Origin: Botryllus schlosseri
Lineage: Eukaryota
Reading direction: 5' to 3'
Assembly: GCA_051294905.1 (NCBI GenBank)
Contig: CM119382.1
Span: forward strand, 10,602,001-10,666,000
Length of the DNA stretch: 64,000 bases
Position numbers and translations under genes: made by a program. The notes beneath the pieces are model-generated. The model made no database searches and was not told the DNA's origin. It saw only the letters and a program-made list of their open reading frames with translations. Of this stretch, positions 38,801 through 51,600 are shown in pieces; position 1 is the first letter of the stretch; the number at the start of each line of letters is the position of its first letter.

Positions 38801-41800
38801 TCAGGCAGCCTCCCAAGAACACTGCCGGTCCTTACTCGCCGTCTCACACAAAACCCTACGAGGACAGGTAGGGAGGCGATTGGCTTTAACGCAGTTCCTT
38901 TTTAACATAATCTGCATACAGTTACAGAAAACAGACTCCCACGAACTCCTACAACAGATTCGCCGGGTCTGCCGGTTCCAGTCTGCCAAAAAGCAACCCC
39001 CAAGCCCCACGCAAGTAAGTCATAAATTGTGTTGTCTAACCTAGTCTATAGGTCTATACGTGTACAAGAAATTTGGCTCAATTCCAACCAGTAGAAGCGA
39101 AGGTATTGATGTTCAAAATTTAAGATTTCAAGTCTTAGTATTCACGGTGGGTGGATCTATAAATAATAACTAAAATAATTTGCCACTATATTTTCCAAGC
39201 ACAAAATTTTGTACTCAAATTACTTCACTTCTGGTTGGAATAGAGCTAAATTTGTTGTGCATCGTCTTATTCAGACAGCCTAACAATTTCATGGGGTATT
39301 CATTGAGATTTAAAAAATGTTGTATTTATTTTGATTCAAAAATTTTCTACCACAAGAACTTTGCATCCGCTGGTTGGAATTGAGCCAAAATTGGCGTGCA
39401 GTGTTTTTGTGGGAGGGCAAAGTATCAATTTTATCAGGTAGACAGTAAAATTTGAAAAAAAATGATGTTTTTTTTACGGCCCTACCTTATTTTTCTCATT
39501 CTCGACTTGTTTATTCAAACAAATGAAATAGGGTTTATGCACAGATTCATGATACACGAGAATTGAATGAAGTCGAGTCAATACGCAAATTGACTAAAAT
39601 GTAGTCAATTTTTATTTTATTGAAAATGACTCAAGTTATGTCGACGAAATATTACAACTCTGCAGTGGGTCTCACTGTTTTCTCGGGGTTCCCAAGTTGA
39701 TCTCAGGACTTTTGGTGTTGTCATTGTTTGTAGCCTGACACCAACCAGGATTATGCTGGTGCCACGTCTCGCAATGTGCGTATTTTCAGCAACGCTTACA
39801 AAGGCTACAACCCGCGCCCGTACAGTAAGTTCAACGCCCCGGCGACCGTGGGGCACGTTCAAGAAAACCGACCGCCAAAGGACTCGATGTACGACAGCGG
39901 TGTGGAAACGCACGACAAACCAAAGCTTAATCGCCCTGTGGAATCTCCGCCTGTGAGGTATGTGATAGCTTTGCGTTAGTGGCGCAAACTCGTTAAGGAA
40001 TTTCCTGCTTAGGGTTTTCATAATCGCCCCCAAATTGGAACTATGGAACGGGGTGTGAAAGTTTAGCAGTGTTTTTTCTTCAACTCTTCCATTACCTATT
40101 TTGCAACACTTTTGGCGACAAATTCATCGTTTTTCCGGCAGATAGCTGACATAGTCTGTGGCGTAGTCTCAAATAGCAGAGTAATAAGGTCAAGGCGCTA
40201 AACATTTCAACACGTTGACCTCCGGGACCTCGCGGACTAATTGAAATTGAGAATCGTACTATTCACATTTACTGTTTCCTATCATAAATATATCTGTCGA
40301 TCTTTGTGGCCAGTACTATACTACTATTTCGTTGTGACAATTTCACATAATGCTAATATGTGTTACCTTCCGCTGTCCAAAAGTTTGATGTTTTGATGTC
40401 TTTAACCATACGCATAAATATGAAGAGATGTTTTAACGATGCGATTGTAGATCCAATATGTCAAATATTTGGCAGTGATCATATATTTGGATTTGAAAGT
40501 AAGCGAATTTGAAAATTTTTGTCAGATTATGGTTAGATGTAGATTTACTATTTTTGAAGCTGAATTTGGGATTGCTTGCACTTGAACATGGAATTCCTAA
40601 TAATTTACATGCTGCTTCTGAGAAAGCTATTTTCATTACCGCCTATGGGCTTGGATTTGGACAGGAAGCAAAATATATTCTCTATTTGGATTTGATTTGT
40701 AGCTATTTTTTCACTATGTCTCGTTACATTGCAGCAGTAACCCCGATACCGACGAGCCCCAAGTGGTGGCCACGGCCCGCGGCACATTTGACAGCGATGG
40801 CGGCGTGCTAAGCTCGGTAGAGACAGGCGTGTCAATCATGATCCCGAAAGGGGCCATCCCCCCCGGAGTCCGGCAAAATATCTATTTCAAAGTTTGCAAA
40901 GATAACACTGTCCTACCGCCGCTCAACACTGATAGAGGTACGGTTGCCTTGGGTCACCTAGGACCATTGGTTGAAAATGAATCTGCAGTCTTCCCTAAAT
41001 AGATGTGTATCTTCTATTTTTATGTTTGTGAGCAGTGCTGAGCGCCCAATTTGAGGATGTGCAATATATTATGACTAGGGCAAGTTTTTGCAGCTTTTAC
41101 AGCTTCCGGCAGCTTCCTAAATACTCGTAAGATATGTAGAATGCTGTTTTAAGCTGTTAGAAGGAATCTTATAGTGCAACAGTTTTGCAACTTTTTCGAT
41201 TTTTCATGAAAGTATTTTTGATTTTGGTGAAATACACGGCTGGGAAGTTGACCTTTTTTAGTCAACCGAGCAAATTGTGGTCTTTTATTGCAACTTTTGT
41301 GAAAAAATAAATGCAGCTTTTTACTGCTACTTTTGTCGAAAAGAAATGCAACTTTCCACGGATTTAACTGTAACAAAAACTTGCCCTAATTATGACTGTT
41401 CGGCTTTGAAAAATTTGAATTTGAAAATTTTACCCGAATTTGTGTGATTTAGGATATTTTCCACAATTGATTTAGAGCGAGACCTACAATTTCCGTAAAC
41501 CGTTGAAAAATTTTGCCACCTTCTGAAAAATTGAGCCATTTGGGGGTTCACACTCAGATTTGGATATGACACAAACTCGTACGTCGCTGGCATGTGTGAC
41601 GTATCTTTTGGTTGATCAAATCTGGCAAGAGGTTTCGGCGTAGCCACTTTCAGCATATCTTTTGTGTGTGTGTGTTGTTAGTATTTGAATACCTAAATAC
41701 CTTGATAAGTTTGAAGTCTCTTGCTGGTAATGTTAACCACAATATTTTGAACCAAAGCTGTTACACTGCTAGGTAGTCGGTACTGGATTTTGCTCATTGC

Positions 41801-42569
41801 TTTTCTCTCTTTTTCTGCAGGAGAGACACTCTTATCGCCTCTCGTGATGTGCGGCCCGCACGGACTTCAGTTTAATCACCCGGTGGAGCTGCGACTGCCA
41901 CATTGTGCGTCCTTGACACCTGACGGCTGGTCTTTTTCGCTCAAATCCTCTGATACTAGCTACCCAGGTGTGGCAATTCACACCTGTGAAAAGCCCAGTC
42001 TGATTAACGCTGATTTTGAGATTTGTGATTTTGTTGTCGAGAGCTGGTCGATACTAATGAATTTCGAGAGGCCGCTTGTAATTTGATTGGCCGGTGTCCC
42101 GTTACAAAATTAACATATGTTGGCATGCTAGTTGATAGCGGCATTTTCTATGTATCGTATCCAATGATAAGATTTGCATGGAAGACTTGAATCAATGCTT
42201 TGTACCATTAGTTGGTGCCACAAATCGGTCAATAAGAATATCACTTGTGAAGACTTGAGTATTGGATTGACTCTCGTGCCATATAAATAGGGCATACACC
42301 TTTTGTGATGCCAGTTATAAAATTATGTGATTTATTCTCCATGAGAATGTGTTTGATGAGCAATTCCTGACTACATCATGGATAAACTGCACTTTACCAT
42401 AATGTATTGTAGACGCTAACTAATTGCGGATTTAGCTTGAGCGTTAGTTGATTAGCTCATCTTTTTCCATTCAGGTGAACCTTCTCAGTGGCAGAATATG
42501 AATTTGCCTCAAGACGGCGGGTACCAAGTCAACAGCAATAGCGTGTCAGTTTTGATCGACCATTTTTGA
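20830..42569 (+). CDS. TJP1: Tight junction protein ZO-1-like MAGUK (PDZ1-RS region-PDZ2-PDZ3-SH3-GUK-Pro-rich-ZU5), 29 coding exons
   Basis: Exons read by eye, all GT-AG and phase-consistent: 20830-20999, 21060-21162, 22475-22701, 22766-22846, 23930-24016, 24084-24177, 24883-25003, 25434-25540, 26649-26835, 26912-26999, 27984-28232, 29054-29204, 29263-29371, 31396-31615, 32506-32690, 33376-33471, 34201-34604, 35648-35875, 36672-36813, 36878-36930, 36988-37139, 37926-38093, 38688-38738, 38805-38867, 38922-39014, 39790-39957, 40735-40937, 41821-41967, 42475-42569. Diagnostic peptides: [87 protein letters not shown]. Confidence 0.96.
24256..24785. mobile_element. Non-autonomous DNA element rich in AAGTA/TACTT motifs (related pieces at ~15380-15550, ~16450-16550, ~53040-53406)
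   Basis: Ends CAGAAGTGGTTA.../TTTGACCACCTCTG; AAGTACTCAAGTAG is shared among the copies. Confidence 0.55.
27660..27815 (+). mobile_element. Penelope-like tail copy with hammerhead core (cleavage-site C changed to T)
   Basis: AACC CTGACGA GTGTCAGCC GAAA ATATT T GGCT at 27747-27780, in the same context as 28742-28900. Confidence 0.75.
28290..28960 (+). mobile_element. Penelope-like element 3' fragment: frameshifted GIY-YIG endonuclease plus hammerhead-bearing tail
   Basis: [27 protein letters not shown], then in another frame [17 protein letters not shown]...[23 protein letters not shown] (stop 28739-28741). Flanked by two copies of the tail repeat. Confidence 0.88.
28825..28868 (+). ncRNA. 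Minimal type I hammerhead ribozyme motif (near intact, sense to ZO-1)
   Basis: CTGACGA 28839-45, G-(TGTCAGC)-C, GAA, palindromic stem III AATATT, C17 at 28864, stem I CTC/GGG; upstream GCTGAC is complementary to loop GTCAGC. Confidence 0.75.
30455..31090 (-). mobile_element. Possible highly degenerate LINE apurinic-endonuclease fragment
   Basis: [14 protein letters not shown] resembles the APE motif (I)DI-x-x-L-x-E-x-RL. The remaining motifs are not recognisable. Confidence 0.25.
36040..36150 (+). mobile_element. Penelope-like tail copy, hammerhead core damaged
   Basis: GCTGACGATTACCCCTGACGAGTGTCAGCCAGAAATATTG; the CGAAA motif is altered. Confidence 0.7.
37215..37440 (+). mobile_element. 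Penelope-like tail copy, hammerhead stem III damaged
   Basis: GCTGACGATTACCCCTGACGAGTGTCAGCCGAAAAAGCCGAGTT at 37314-37357. Confidence 0.72.
39079..39486. mobile_element. Degenerate member of the foldback MITE family
   Basis: TTGGCTCAATTCCAACCAGTAGAAGCG...GCTGGTTGGAATTGAGCCAAAA internal inverted repeat. Confidence 0.55.
41076..41388. mobile_element. hAT-type MITE, 313 bp
   Basis: TIRs TAGGGCAAGTTTTTG/CAAAAACTTGCCCTA; exact 8-bp TSD ATTATGAC. Confidence 0.88.
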
Positions 42570-43619
42570 AGCGAGCAGGTAAGATTCTTGCTCACGAGTC
42601 GTTTGAAATCCTACTTAATTAGTTACCATCTCATTGCAATTCTGGCCCTTGTACTGTCATCATATTCAAAGCCGTTTATTTGTTTCACGGTCAATGTAAA
42701 AGATAACAGTTTTGGCTCCCGGCGAAAAGTCTGTGTAGGCATTGTGCTGGACTATGATGCTCGCAAAGAGAAATTTAAATATCCATCGACGTACTAAATC
42801 ATTACAGCTTAAGATATTCTGTTATTCAAAAGCTAAGAAGCAGCTGTAGTTGCCTGTCTGGTTTCGTCCTTGAAATTAAATTTGAATTTGAATTTTGCAT
42901 TCTTACGGCGATCTTCAGACAGAGAACTTTAAAACGCTTTACTTCAATATTGCAATGTTCATCTCTCTTGCTTGTGATACTTTATCATATCGGACTGATA
43001 CATTTTTGTTCCCGTGCAGAGAAAGGACAAAGTGGAAATATGGAATCTGCCCTTGCATGCTGAGCCGATTGTCTCTCTTTTTCCGACATTACATGTTTAC
43101 CGAGGTTGTGAGCGTTTGCTGGCGTTCGGGGATAAGACTGACGCAATTGGTGCCACACAATCGTGAAATTTGCCCCTTGGCTTTCTGTTAGAACTCTGTA
43201 CGGTTATGTGGGCGATGCAACGGACAGTCAACTGTAATCGAAGTTATTTTCTGTGTATCGCGTGTTTCTATCAAATGTTTCCTGTACCGCGGCACTATCT
43301 AATTGATCATGTTTTCGTGGTGATTTTTATTTTGTACGGCCATTCGACCAACTGTATGTGTTTACACTTGTATAGTACATGGTTTACTTTTGTTTTATGT
43401 AATGTTAGTACAACTCTTTCTGTGATATTGGCGTGTGTTGAAAAGTTTTCGCATCTTTTCCGAGCTCTTCGGGAAGCTGTGGTGTTTGCCGGTACATTGT
43501 ACTCGGGTGCGTGCGTTTGACAATGGTACGAATTTTGCATATATATCGCGTCTGACAATGGTACCAGTCTGCTGTTTGCATTGTAATCGAATCTCGCAAT
43601 TGTGAAAGTGTTGCACAGA

Positions 43620-43812
43620 CCTCGCGTGTATGTCGTGGTTGAAATTCCTTTATTATTAGTGATTTTCGTAGTCGACTGCTTATTCCTATCTTGGCTGTAC
43701 GTAATACATATATTTTTGATCGAAATGGGATATTCGTCCGATAACTTTTGTAGCTCGAATCTTTTTTGAGGCTGCGTTGGTTTGTGATTAACTTGCTACG
43801 ATTTTGACCCAT
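43620..43812 (-). mobile_element. Possible degenerate GIY-YIG C-terminal fragment
   Basis: YVLRTAK...LRKSLIIKEFQP resembles the L-x-I-x-ESL-x-I...P end of Penelope-type endonucleases. Confidence 0.3.
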
Positions 43813-45627
43813 GTATATATACCTTGCACAATAAACTCAGATAATGATATGCGACTTGTTGAATTTCTTTGTTGTCGTTTGGTGTGTTCAATATAAAAAA
43901 AAACGCTGATGAGTTTAGTTGAGTACCAAGTAATTTATCACTACAATTGAAACGACCCAATGGTTGAAGTTGCCGCTTTCATTGGCACTGTCGATAATTT
44001 CTATATTATGTAGAATGTAGATGTATGTCGAGAATTAGAATGCAGTTGCGCTTGACGTATCCAGAAGCCGCCCTCCCGGGAAGTATGGTACCAGGAAGGG
44101 GAGATTGTTGGCGTTAGTAGGCCTATGTGGGGAGAGGGAAACAAGTCATTGTGTTGGTACTGCAGAGGTGGCCAAAGCTATCGCTGATGAAGTACAGGCA
44201 GGGGTCTAGCCGTTAATTTCATTTTGAAGTAGCTGTTTTCATAGCTAAAAACATAGAAAGCGAACGGGATGAAAATTGCTTAAATAACGAGTTTGAAGAA
44301 GTGGACTGATACGGGGCGTCGCAAACTTTTGTCAGATTGGCAAATCCCATGTCATTTTTTCGTGGTTGACACTTGTAGTGACAACCGCTACCATATGCAC
44401 GATTTTCGAAATCACCAACGTTAATCAGGGGCTCACACCCGGCTCTTATGGCGAGGCATTTCACTCTATCAGGTAATGAGGTAGAGGTGTAAGTATAGTC
44501 TAAAAACATAACCACTCAAGTATAGACAAAACCTACTTGAGTGCTCCAAAAATCGAAGACCAGCCTACTTCGACCATATTGGTACATCGGGAACTAGGTC
44601 GAGGTGGATGCCAATTCAAGAGACTGGTTGGTAGTTCCCCCAATCCATCTGTTCATTAGATCGCATTGTGTGTCTTGTATATCGCATTGTGTGGCTTGGG
44701 CAGATGAAAATGTAATCTGACGAATGATTAAATGACCTCCTTCGACGGGAAATGGATGACATTTGTTCAGTAGGGTTCAAAAGGGTTTTTGCTTTCGGTT
44801 TAGTCATTTTTCATTTGCGTATTTACTTCTACTCCCAACGAAAGTTATCAATAACAATGGGCCCGCTCGAAGTTATAATATACGAGAAACTCTTCTCCGT
44901 GTGGCCAGAGCATTGAACATAGCTGACCTATAATCGGGGGGGGGGGGGGGGGTATTGACGTAGTGGTGACAACTGACGATAAGAGCCTACCGCCCAGCTG
45001 GTCCGAGTTCGATTCCGAGTTGCAGGTTATCCTGGGCTCCTCTTCCCCGCGTCGCTGTTCTTACGCCGATAAAAAAAAGCTCAGTAAAGACCCGATGAAA
45101 GAGCGCACTCATAAAGAATGGAAAAGAGCTAGAAAAAGTCGCGGAAAAAGAGACTATAACATCTAAAAAGGGTGACATCGGGTACTAGGCCGAGGTGGAT
45201 GCCAGTTAGAGACCGCAACTGCAACCGCAACTGGTCGTTCGGCATCCTCCTTGCATGGCATTGAGTCTTGTCGCACTGTACATTGTGTGTGACTTGTTTA
45301 ACAACAATAAACTGACCTGATCCTATTTGCCGCCACGATCACGGCACCACTTCTACTCGACTTTCACTAGCTTCCAATATGATTCTGACTCTGTTTTGTA
45401 CGTGAATAAATAAATATCATATTTCATGATCCTTTTCTAGTTGATATTCTATATCGCAGGATTTTTATTAACATAGCAATTGACGTTTTAACACAGGCAC
45501 ATTTTATACGATTGGAAACTTTGAAAAGCGCAGGGCTCTCGCCTGATCTGAGGCTATCGACGGTTCTCAATCGCAATAGTCTCTGCTAGTGAGTGGATGG
45601 CGTGGGATATGCTGCCTCAATGCAGCT

Positions 45628-48600
45628 ATGAATCTTGATTCTTTGTCACTGGCATTATCACAGATCAGTTATCTCGTGTCAAACTTGAACAAAAAAAATT
45701 ACAAGTCAAGTGTACAAGAAGTACAGCAGGTAATTCCCATGCGATGGCACTGCGTAGTTATGCCTCGTCAACCCGTTTGCTAACGCGACATTGGTTTTGC
45801 AGCTTGTAGAAAGACACGGACCAGAGGCTGATCGCCACCTGTTCCGCTGTCTTTTCTCTTTGATTGATTTTTCTGGGGATGTTAAGAGTAGTGGAAAGGA
45901 TTATCATCAGGTAGGATTTTGCTTTGTGGACGTAGACAAACACATCTCCCGTGTCCTGTGCTCACACTATACGTTTTATTTTTAATATTATTTTTTATTA
46001 AATAACTTAAACTTGGAGAATCATCGCTGCTCAACTGATACACCGATTACTGATTACCGATCGAGATAGCGTAATGGTGAAGCATCCGGCTTACTGATCG
46101 GCCAGGTTGGAATCCCGGTACGCTTAGCGCAATATCTTTGGTGTGCCAAGGCCAAGGCGGTTCTCGGCGTCACACCTGTGTGCAGTCAGTAGAATCTTTG
46201 GTGTGCACGAGACACCGATTCCATATTGGCTGATCGGTAGGTCGTGGCTTCGATCCCTGGCCGGGTCAGACCAAAAACCTGATTAGTAACAGTGGTATCC
46301 ATGTCTTAGCGCTCATGCATTACTGGGATAGCATGGAGGGGTGGTGCAAGACTTGAAGAGCCCTACAAGGCTACATCCGCACCTTCCTTGTCCAGCGTCA
46401 TATGCACTTTAATGGTATGGATATGCACATATCGTGTGTAATGTGTATGTATATCATGAGTCGGTGTATATGCCGCTAAAAGATCAAGGACAGAAATGAA
46501 CTACGTCATTTCCTTATATCAGGCAAAACGTACCGAGATTCCAGTAGCCAGGGGCGTCCGCGACATCTGTGAAGTGACATTCACGCATTTCTATGTGACC
46601 CTTTGTTTTCTCATCTCCGTTTTCATGTTGCTACGTACCAGGACACAACGATCCTCGATCAATACACACATAAACGCAATTCTTTGGTACACACACAACC
46701 TTGGAAAATGCTGCCCATCATCAGTCAATATTGAGCAGTGGCCCCCATGACCCAGACTGGAAACCGTTGTTGTTTTTGGCAGTAAGTTGCGCATGTCAAG
46801 GGTTTATACAGTAATTAAGTAATTGAAAGCAAAGTTGCGTGTAGCCTTGCCACCAATTCCACTCTAATATCCAGCCGCATTGCTCACTATGAGTCACCTG
46901 TAGTGCCTTTCGATACCCCTAAGGCCCTAAGACGCACATCTATCCGGTAATGGTACATGAGTGTAGATTGTGACGACATGTTCCAAACCCAAAACAAACC
47001 TCGTTCCCTAAGAAAAAAATGTGTCTAGCAATGACTGTAGGTGGTCGTGAGGAAGACTGCTCTCTGTAGTGCTGTTAATGAACCATTTTCTACGTATTGT
47101 CGCGGTGGAATCAAATAAGCTCAAGATATCCATTTTTCAAATTGGTGGAAAATCAAGTATTTATAAAATTTTCATGTATTTTTGACCATTTTTATGATTG
47201 TCACATTGTATCGAAGTTAACCATGCCCAAAATATGGCCGAAAGAAAATGGAAGGTTTGAATGTTTGAAATGACATAAGCGACGTTTTGGCACGATGGCT
47301 ATGATGTAGTACTCCGTCTCGTAAGTCGGTTTCTATAGTTTTGGCAAAAAATTCTTAGAGTATGTTTCGCAAATGATGCTTCATCTCAATCTGACCATTG
47401 TTCCTGACATGGATGCCATGCCGTGTACCGATGACGTCACAACATTTGTATCCTTCTAGTGCCCTATATAGAATAACATATAGGCTATCTGGAATCAGTG
47501 TCAATGTTGCTTTTGAATTCAACTATTTTAAAGAAAATCTGTTGTGACTGTATTATTGCGTTCATTATTCATTTGTAGTAGCGTGGTCAAGTTTTAATAA
47601 TTTAATATATGTGATAAAATATTATGCTCCTGCCTGAAACCCAGTTTGTGTGTTCCATTTCAGACCATATTTATAGATTTTGAGTATCTTGGTCCAAACT
47701 GTACAAAGATTGAAACATTTCATGACTATAATGTACTGTACTGATCATGTCCTACCCGCTGTTAAACCTTTGCAACTTGTCTTGAGCGATGCCAATTAAT
47801 AACTTCTCTGTTCAGACACAGCTGTTGATTCTCGAGTGTGGCACGCTCGCTACAAAACCGAATTTCATCTCTACTCTCTGTCACGCGATAGACAGTCCCT
47901 TGTCGCACCAAAAATCTCTGCAACCGTCGTCGAACCTCCTCCAGAACATCAGTCGTAACCTTCGTTTCGATAAAGTACAGGAAGTCGTGTTCGGAATCGC
48001 CCTGCAACATTCCAGCATACAAGAAATTCGAAAGCACGGTATGCTGACAACTGCAGTCGGTAAAATATTCCTGTGACACTTTTTTGCTTTGTTTTGCAGC
48101 GACCGAGGTTGTGAAAACACAACTGCCTGAAGTTATCCGATTACATCTTGAAAGCATCAAAGTCAGTGGGAGAGGAGCTAATACACAGGTGATTTCTCGC
48201 TGTCAATTAGTGTCACATTTCTTACTCGCCACAATGAGGAGCTTAAGCGTTCTGCCGCCTCATATTTGGTGATACGATTGTTGATATACAATGTTCTTTC
48301 CAATTCTCTACTAGTTGCCGACGATTACACATATCAGCTGAGAATATTCGGGTTCATTTCGATATTTATATACTTTTCAATTGTATATTGAAGTTCTGTA
48401 TCTTGTAGAAGCTCTTCAAATACTATCATTACATTAGTGTGCCTTCGGCAATATTCAGGAATAGGATGGGATGTCGATATTGTTCAGTGTTAGTTTGTTG
48501 CGAAGCGATGATGCTGTGATTTTCCTTCCTGTGTACGTGAAATACAGCTGTAACACCACATTTTAGCTACCGGTACTCGATTCAATATGCAGTTGTTGTA

Positions 48601-51600
48601 CGTCATTCAATGCTAGTTATATGGAAATCTGTTTGTTTGCTAAACGCAATTTACTGCGATCTCTTAGATTGACAGTAGTGCACTATGTAAATTATTTCTG
48701 TGATATGAAGCAATAGTATTGTCACCACCTCCTCGATGAGCACTGTTATTAGCACCCATGTAGTGGGAGTGCTGACTGCGTACATCTGCCCAACTCCCAT
48801 TAGGATAAATATAATCACCTCGGCACCTTTGTCATTTCTATTGAATTATATTTGGCCGGTGACCACACCTTGGCTTGAAAAGACTCTATCCCCCTCAAAA
48901 CCAACCCTAATACTGGCAGAATTAATTCTGCACAGTAATTGTTATTGATGTGTCCTGGGTCAATGCAGATCAGTATGTAAAGCAGCTTTTGAATCGTACC
49001 GCTTTCCAGAATCCAAATGTCACACGCCACATGATTGCTATTATATATATGAGAGTGTCAATATTACACCAATTGCGTTGGCTGTCGATAGAAGTCCTAT
49101 TAGCGTACAAGCGTTTATGGTGTCATTTTGTCGTCTGTTACCGATGCATTTCATGAAAATTCATGCCTTTTACTACCATTGTATTGGCTCATTTAGGATA
49201 TTGGCTTGCAAGACACCGCTGTCGAGGTCCTGCACGCGCTTTTGAGTTACCTTGCAAAGCACTCTGAAGAGGATTCCATCTCTCCAGAGACGAAAGAGGC
49301 TTTTCTACTAACCCTGCGTTCAAGTGAGATTTCTCTCTGAATTTTGTAAACTCGTCAATACGTAACACGGTCTGTTGCAGATTTTCCTATCGAACGCTGC
49401 CCCGTGGTCTTGTTACCGTTGTTGTATCGCGAAAAAGGGGATTTACACATGGATAGATTGCTGCAAGAGCCGAATGGCAGCTCGTCCCTGAAGGGAAGGG
49501 TCAGCATGGCCGATATCTTACGCGAAATCGGATACTCGGCGTGCTCCAGGTGAGATATCTCTTGTGTTGCGTGTTCTGTGTTTTTCTCTGGAATTGCCGG
49601 TAACGTTTCGCAGCGCGGAGGAGTGCCGAAAAATTTTGATGCAGTACGGCGTGACTGTGAACGCCTCCCAGGTCGCCCAGGCGTTGGGCATGATGTCCAG
49701 CACGATCTCGGAACCTTTGGACAGTATAGCGTCGCTGCAGGTATGAATTTGTTTCGAGATATGCTCTCGAGTTCTATGTGCTAAAAGTGAGGTATTCTGG
49801 ACTGTTGGTGCTAATGGTTAGAACGATTTTCAGCTTTACTTTGAAGGTGGCAGGTTGCTTTATTGGTGCAGAGCTGCAGCTTGTCCCAACTTAATTTTGA
49901 AATAACTTGGTAATTTCAGGAAATGTAGTGTTGGGCAGTGCTGTTGTGAGGCTTGGTCTAGGAGCAGTCAATATATCTTGGATTTCAAACAGGCTCATGA
50001 TGTCAGCTCTCTACGCATTGATATGGCCAAGAAATGCTTTGAACCTAGTTCCAACAGCGAATGCCCTTGGCTTTTACCCAATGTACTATCGATTTACTGG
50101 ACAGTCCCATGTCATCCCACTTGATTATCAAGTGGAGGCTGGAAATTGATTTGATGTGTGTTGCTGTGCATTTATCGTGATTCAAAAGTATTTACTTGGT
50201 CCCTTGTGCCTGGGTATTTTGGCTTATAATGCGTTGTGTATTTGACGAGTCTTTTCAACACTGTTCTTAAGAATCGTCAGCCCGAGGAAGGACCCGGTTT
50301 GTTGAAGATGAAAGGATCATCCAGTGTGACGTACTGCAGTACAAGGTTTTATCAGGTCCACAGCTAACGAGTGACTATTTCGTTGTGTCAGATACGCGGG
50401 ACGTGAGCTATGCGCGAGAGAGCACTTTGTTACAGTTTTTGGCTTGCTTTTGAGTTTTGTAGTAGGCAGTGAGAGCACCGGTTTGAATTTTTCTGCGCAC
50501 GAATACGCTATGCTTGTCACGGCACTGTTTTGAGACGGGGATTCTTGCTTTGCAGTCTCTCTCCAGTTCTGGCAACTGGCTGGACAATAAAGAGAAAGGC
50601 GACCAGTACAACTCGTGGAATGTGGAAAATTTTGTGCACGCCTTGAAGGAATTGGTGTGTACTTGTTGTTATTTTGTACTGACCGTCTTTGATGATTCTA
50701 GTTGACTGAAATGAGACGTGATGATTTTTTTCATCTACAGAAATTGTACGCCCCGTCGCCCCATTCCACACTAAATTTTAGATTATCAGCTAGGTCTATT
50801 TATTCCCAATTTCGGAATCCCTGCAACCTCCATTGATCATATTACTGCAAAAGAACATGTAGTGCAAAGCTACACACATTCGGGGTGTCGTGATGAACCG
50901 ACAACATTGTCACAAGTGCTGTGAGTTAGGGTATGGTCAAAAAATGCCGAATCATCTCGAATGGGGTGGAGAATGGTAATATTTTATGGGGTCAATCAGT
51001 TGAATGGTGCTGGACTTGAAGCTTGATTCAGAATCGAATCACTCCCGAAGATCCTCGACCCTGTCCAGTCGTAGTGTATCAACGGATTATGTTGCGCAAG
51101 GTATCGATCAATAGGTATATGTTTGGTTTGGTGGGCTCGCAGTTTGACTGTCACTCAATGCCCAACGTGAACTCAACTCCATATACCCTGCTATATGCTC
51201 TTTGTGCTCGATTTAGAACCCGAATCTCAGTTTCCAAACGGTGATGAGGGAACTCGACTATCCGCATTTCGGAGTAGGAAACGCGGCCGCCTTCCAACTC
51301 ATCATTCAAGCGGTGAAATGCGGCGTGCCTGCGCAAGAGAGATTTCCCGTCGACGTGTTCTACAAACAGTGGAAGAACACGAACGGACAGGTAAAAGCAT
51401 TTCCGTCATTTGAAATCTCGTTTCAAAAAAACGCGTTTCTTCCGTTCGCTAGCTGTCGTTCATTCAACAAGCGCTCCTGAATTCGACCATTTTCTGTTTC
51501 GCCGATTACCCTTGCCGGCTGTGCGCGACTGACGTACTGAAACAGCCGCTGGACGAGGAGAATAAGGAGATTGGAAACTGGTGCGTGTCGATCGGTGATT

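Noticed and set aside
44219-44515. Degenerate LINE RT (NLTKVCD resembling DLSKAFD)
   Set aside because: A single weak motif with no other RT blocks.
42570-45627. ZO-1/CNOT1 operon
   Set aside because: The genes are co-oriented but separated by ~3 kb of repeat-containing DNA; trans-splicing cannot be judged from sequence alone.
50883-50945. C/D snoRNA starting at GTGATGA
   Set aside because: No canonical D box or convincing terminal stem, and it is far from the 3' splice site.
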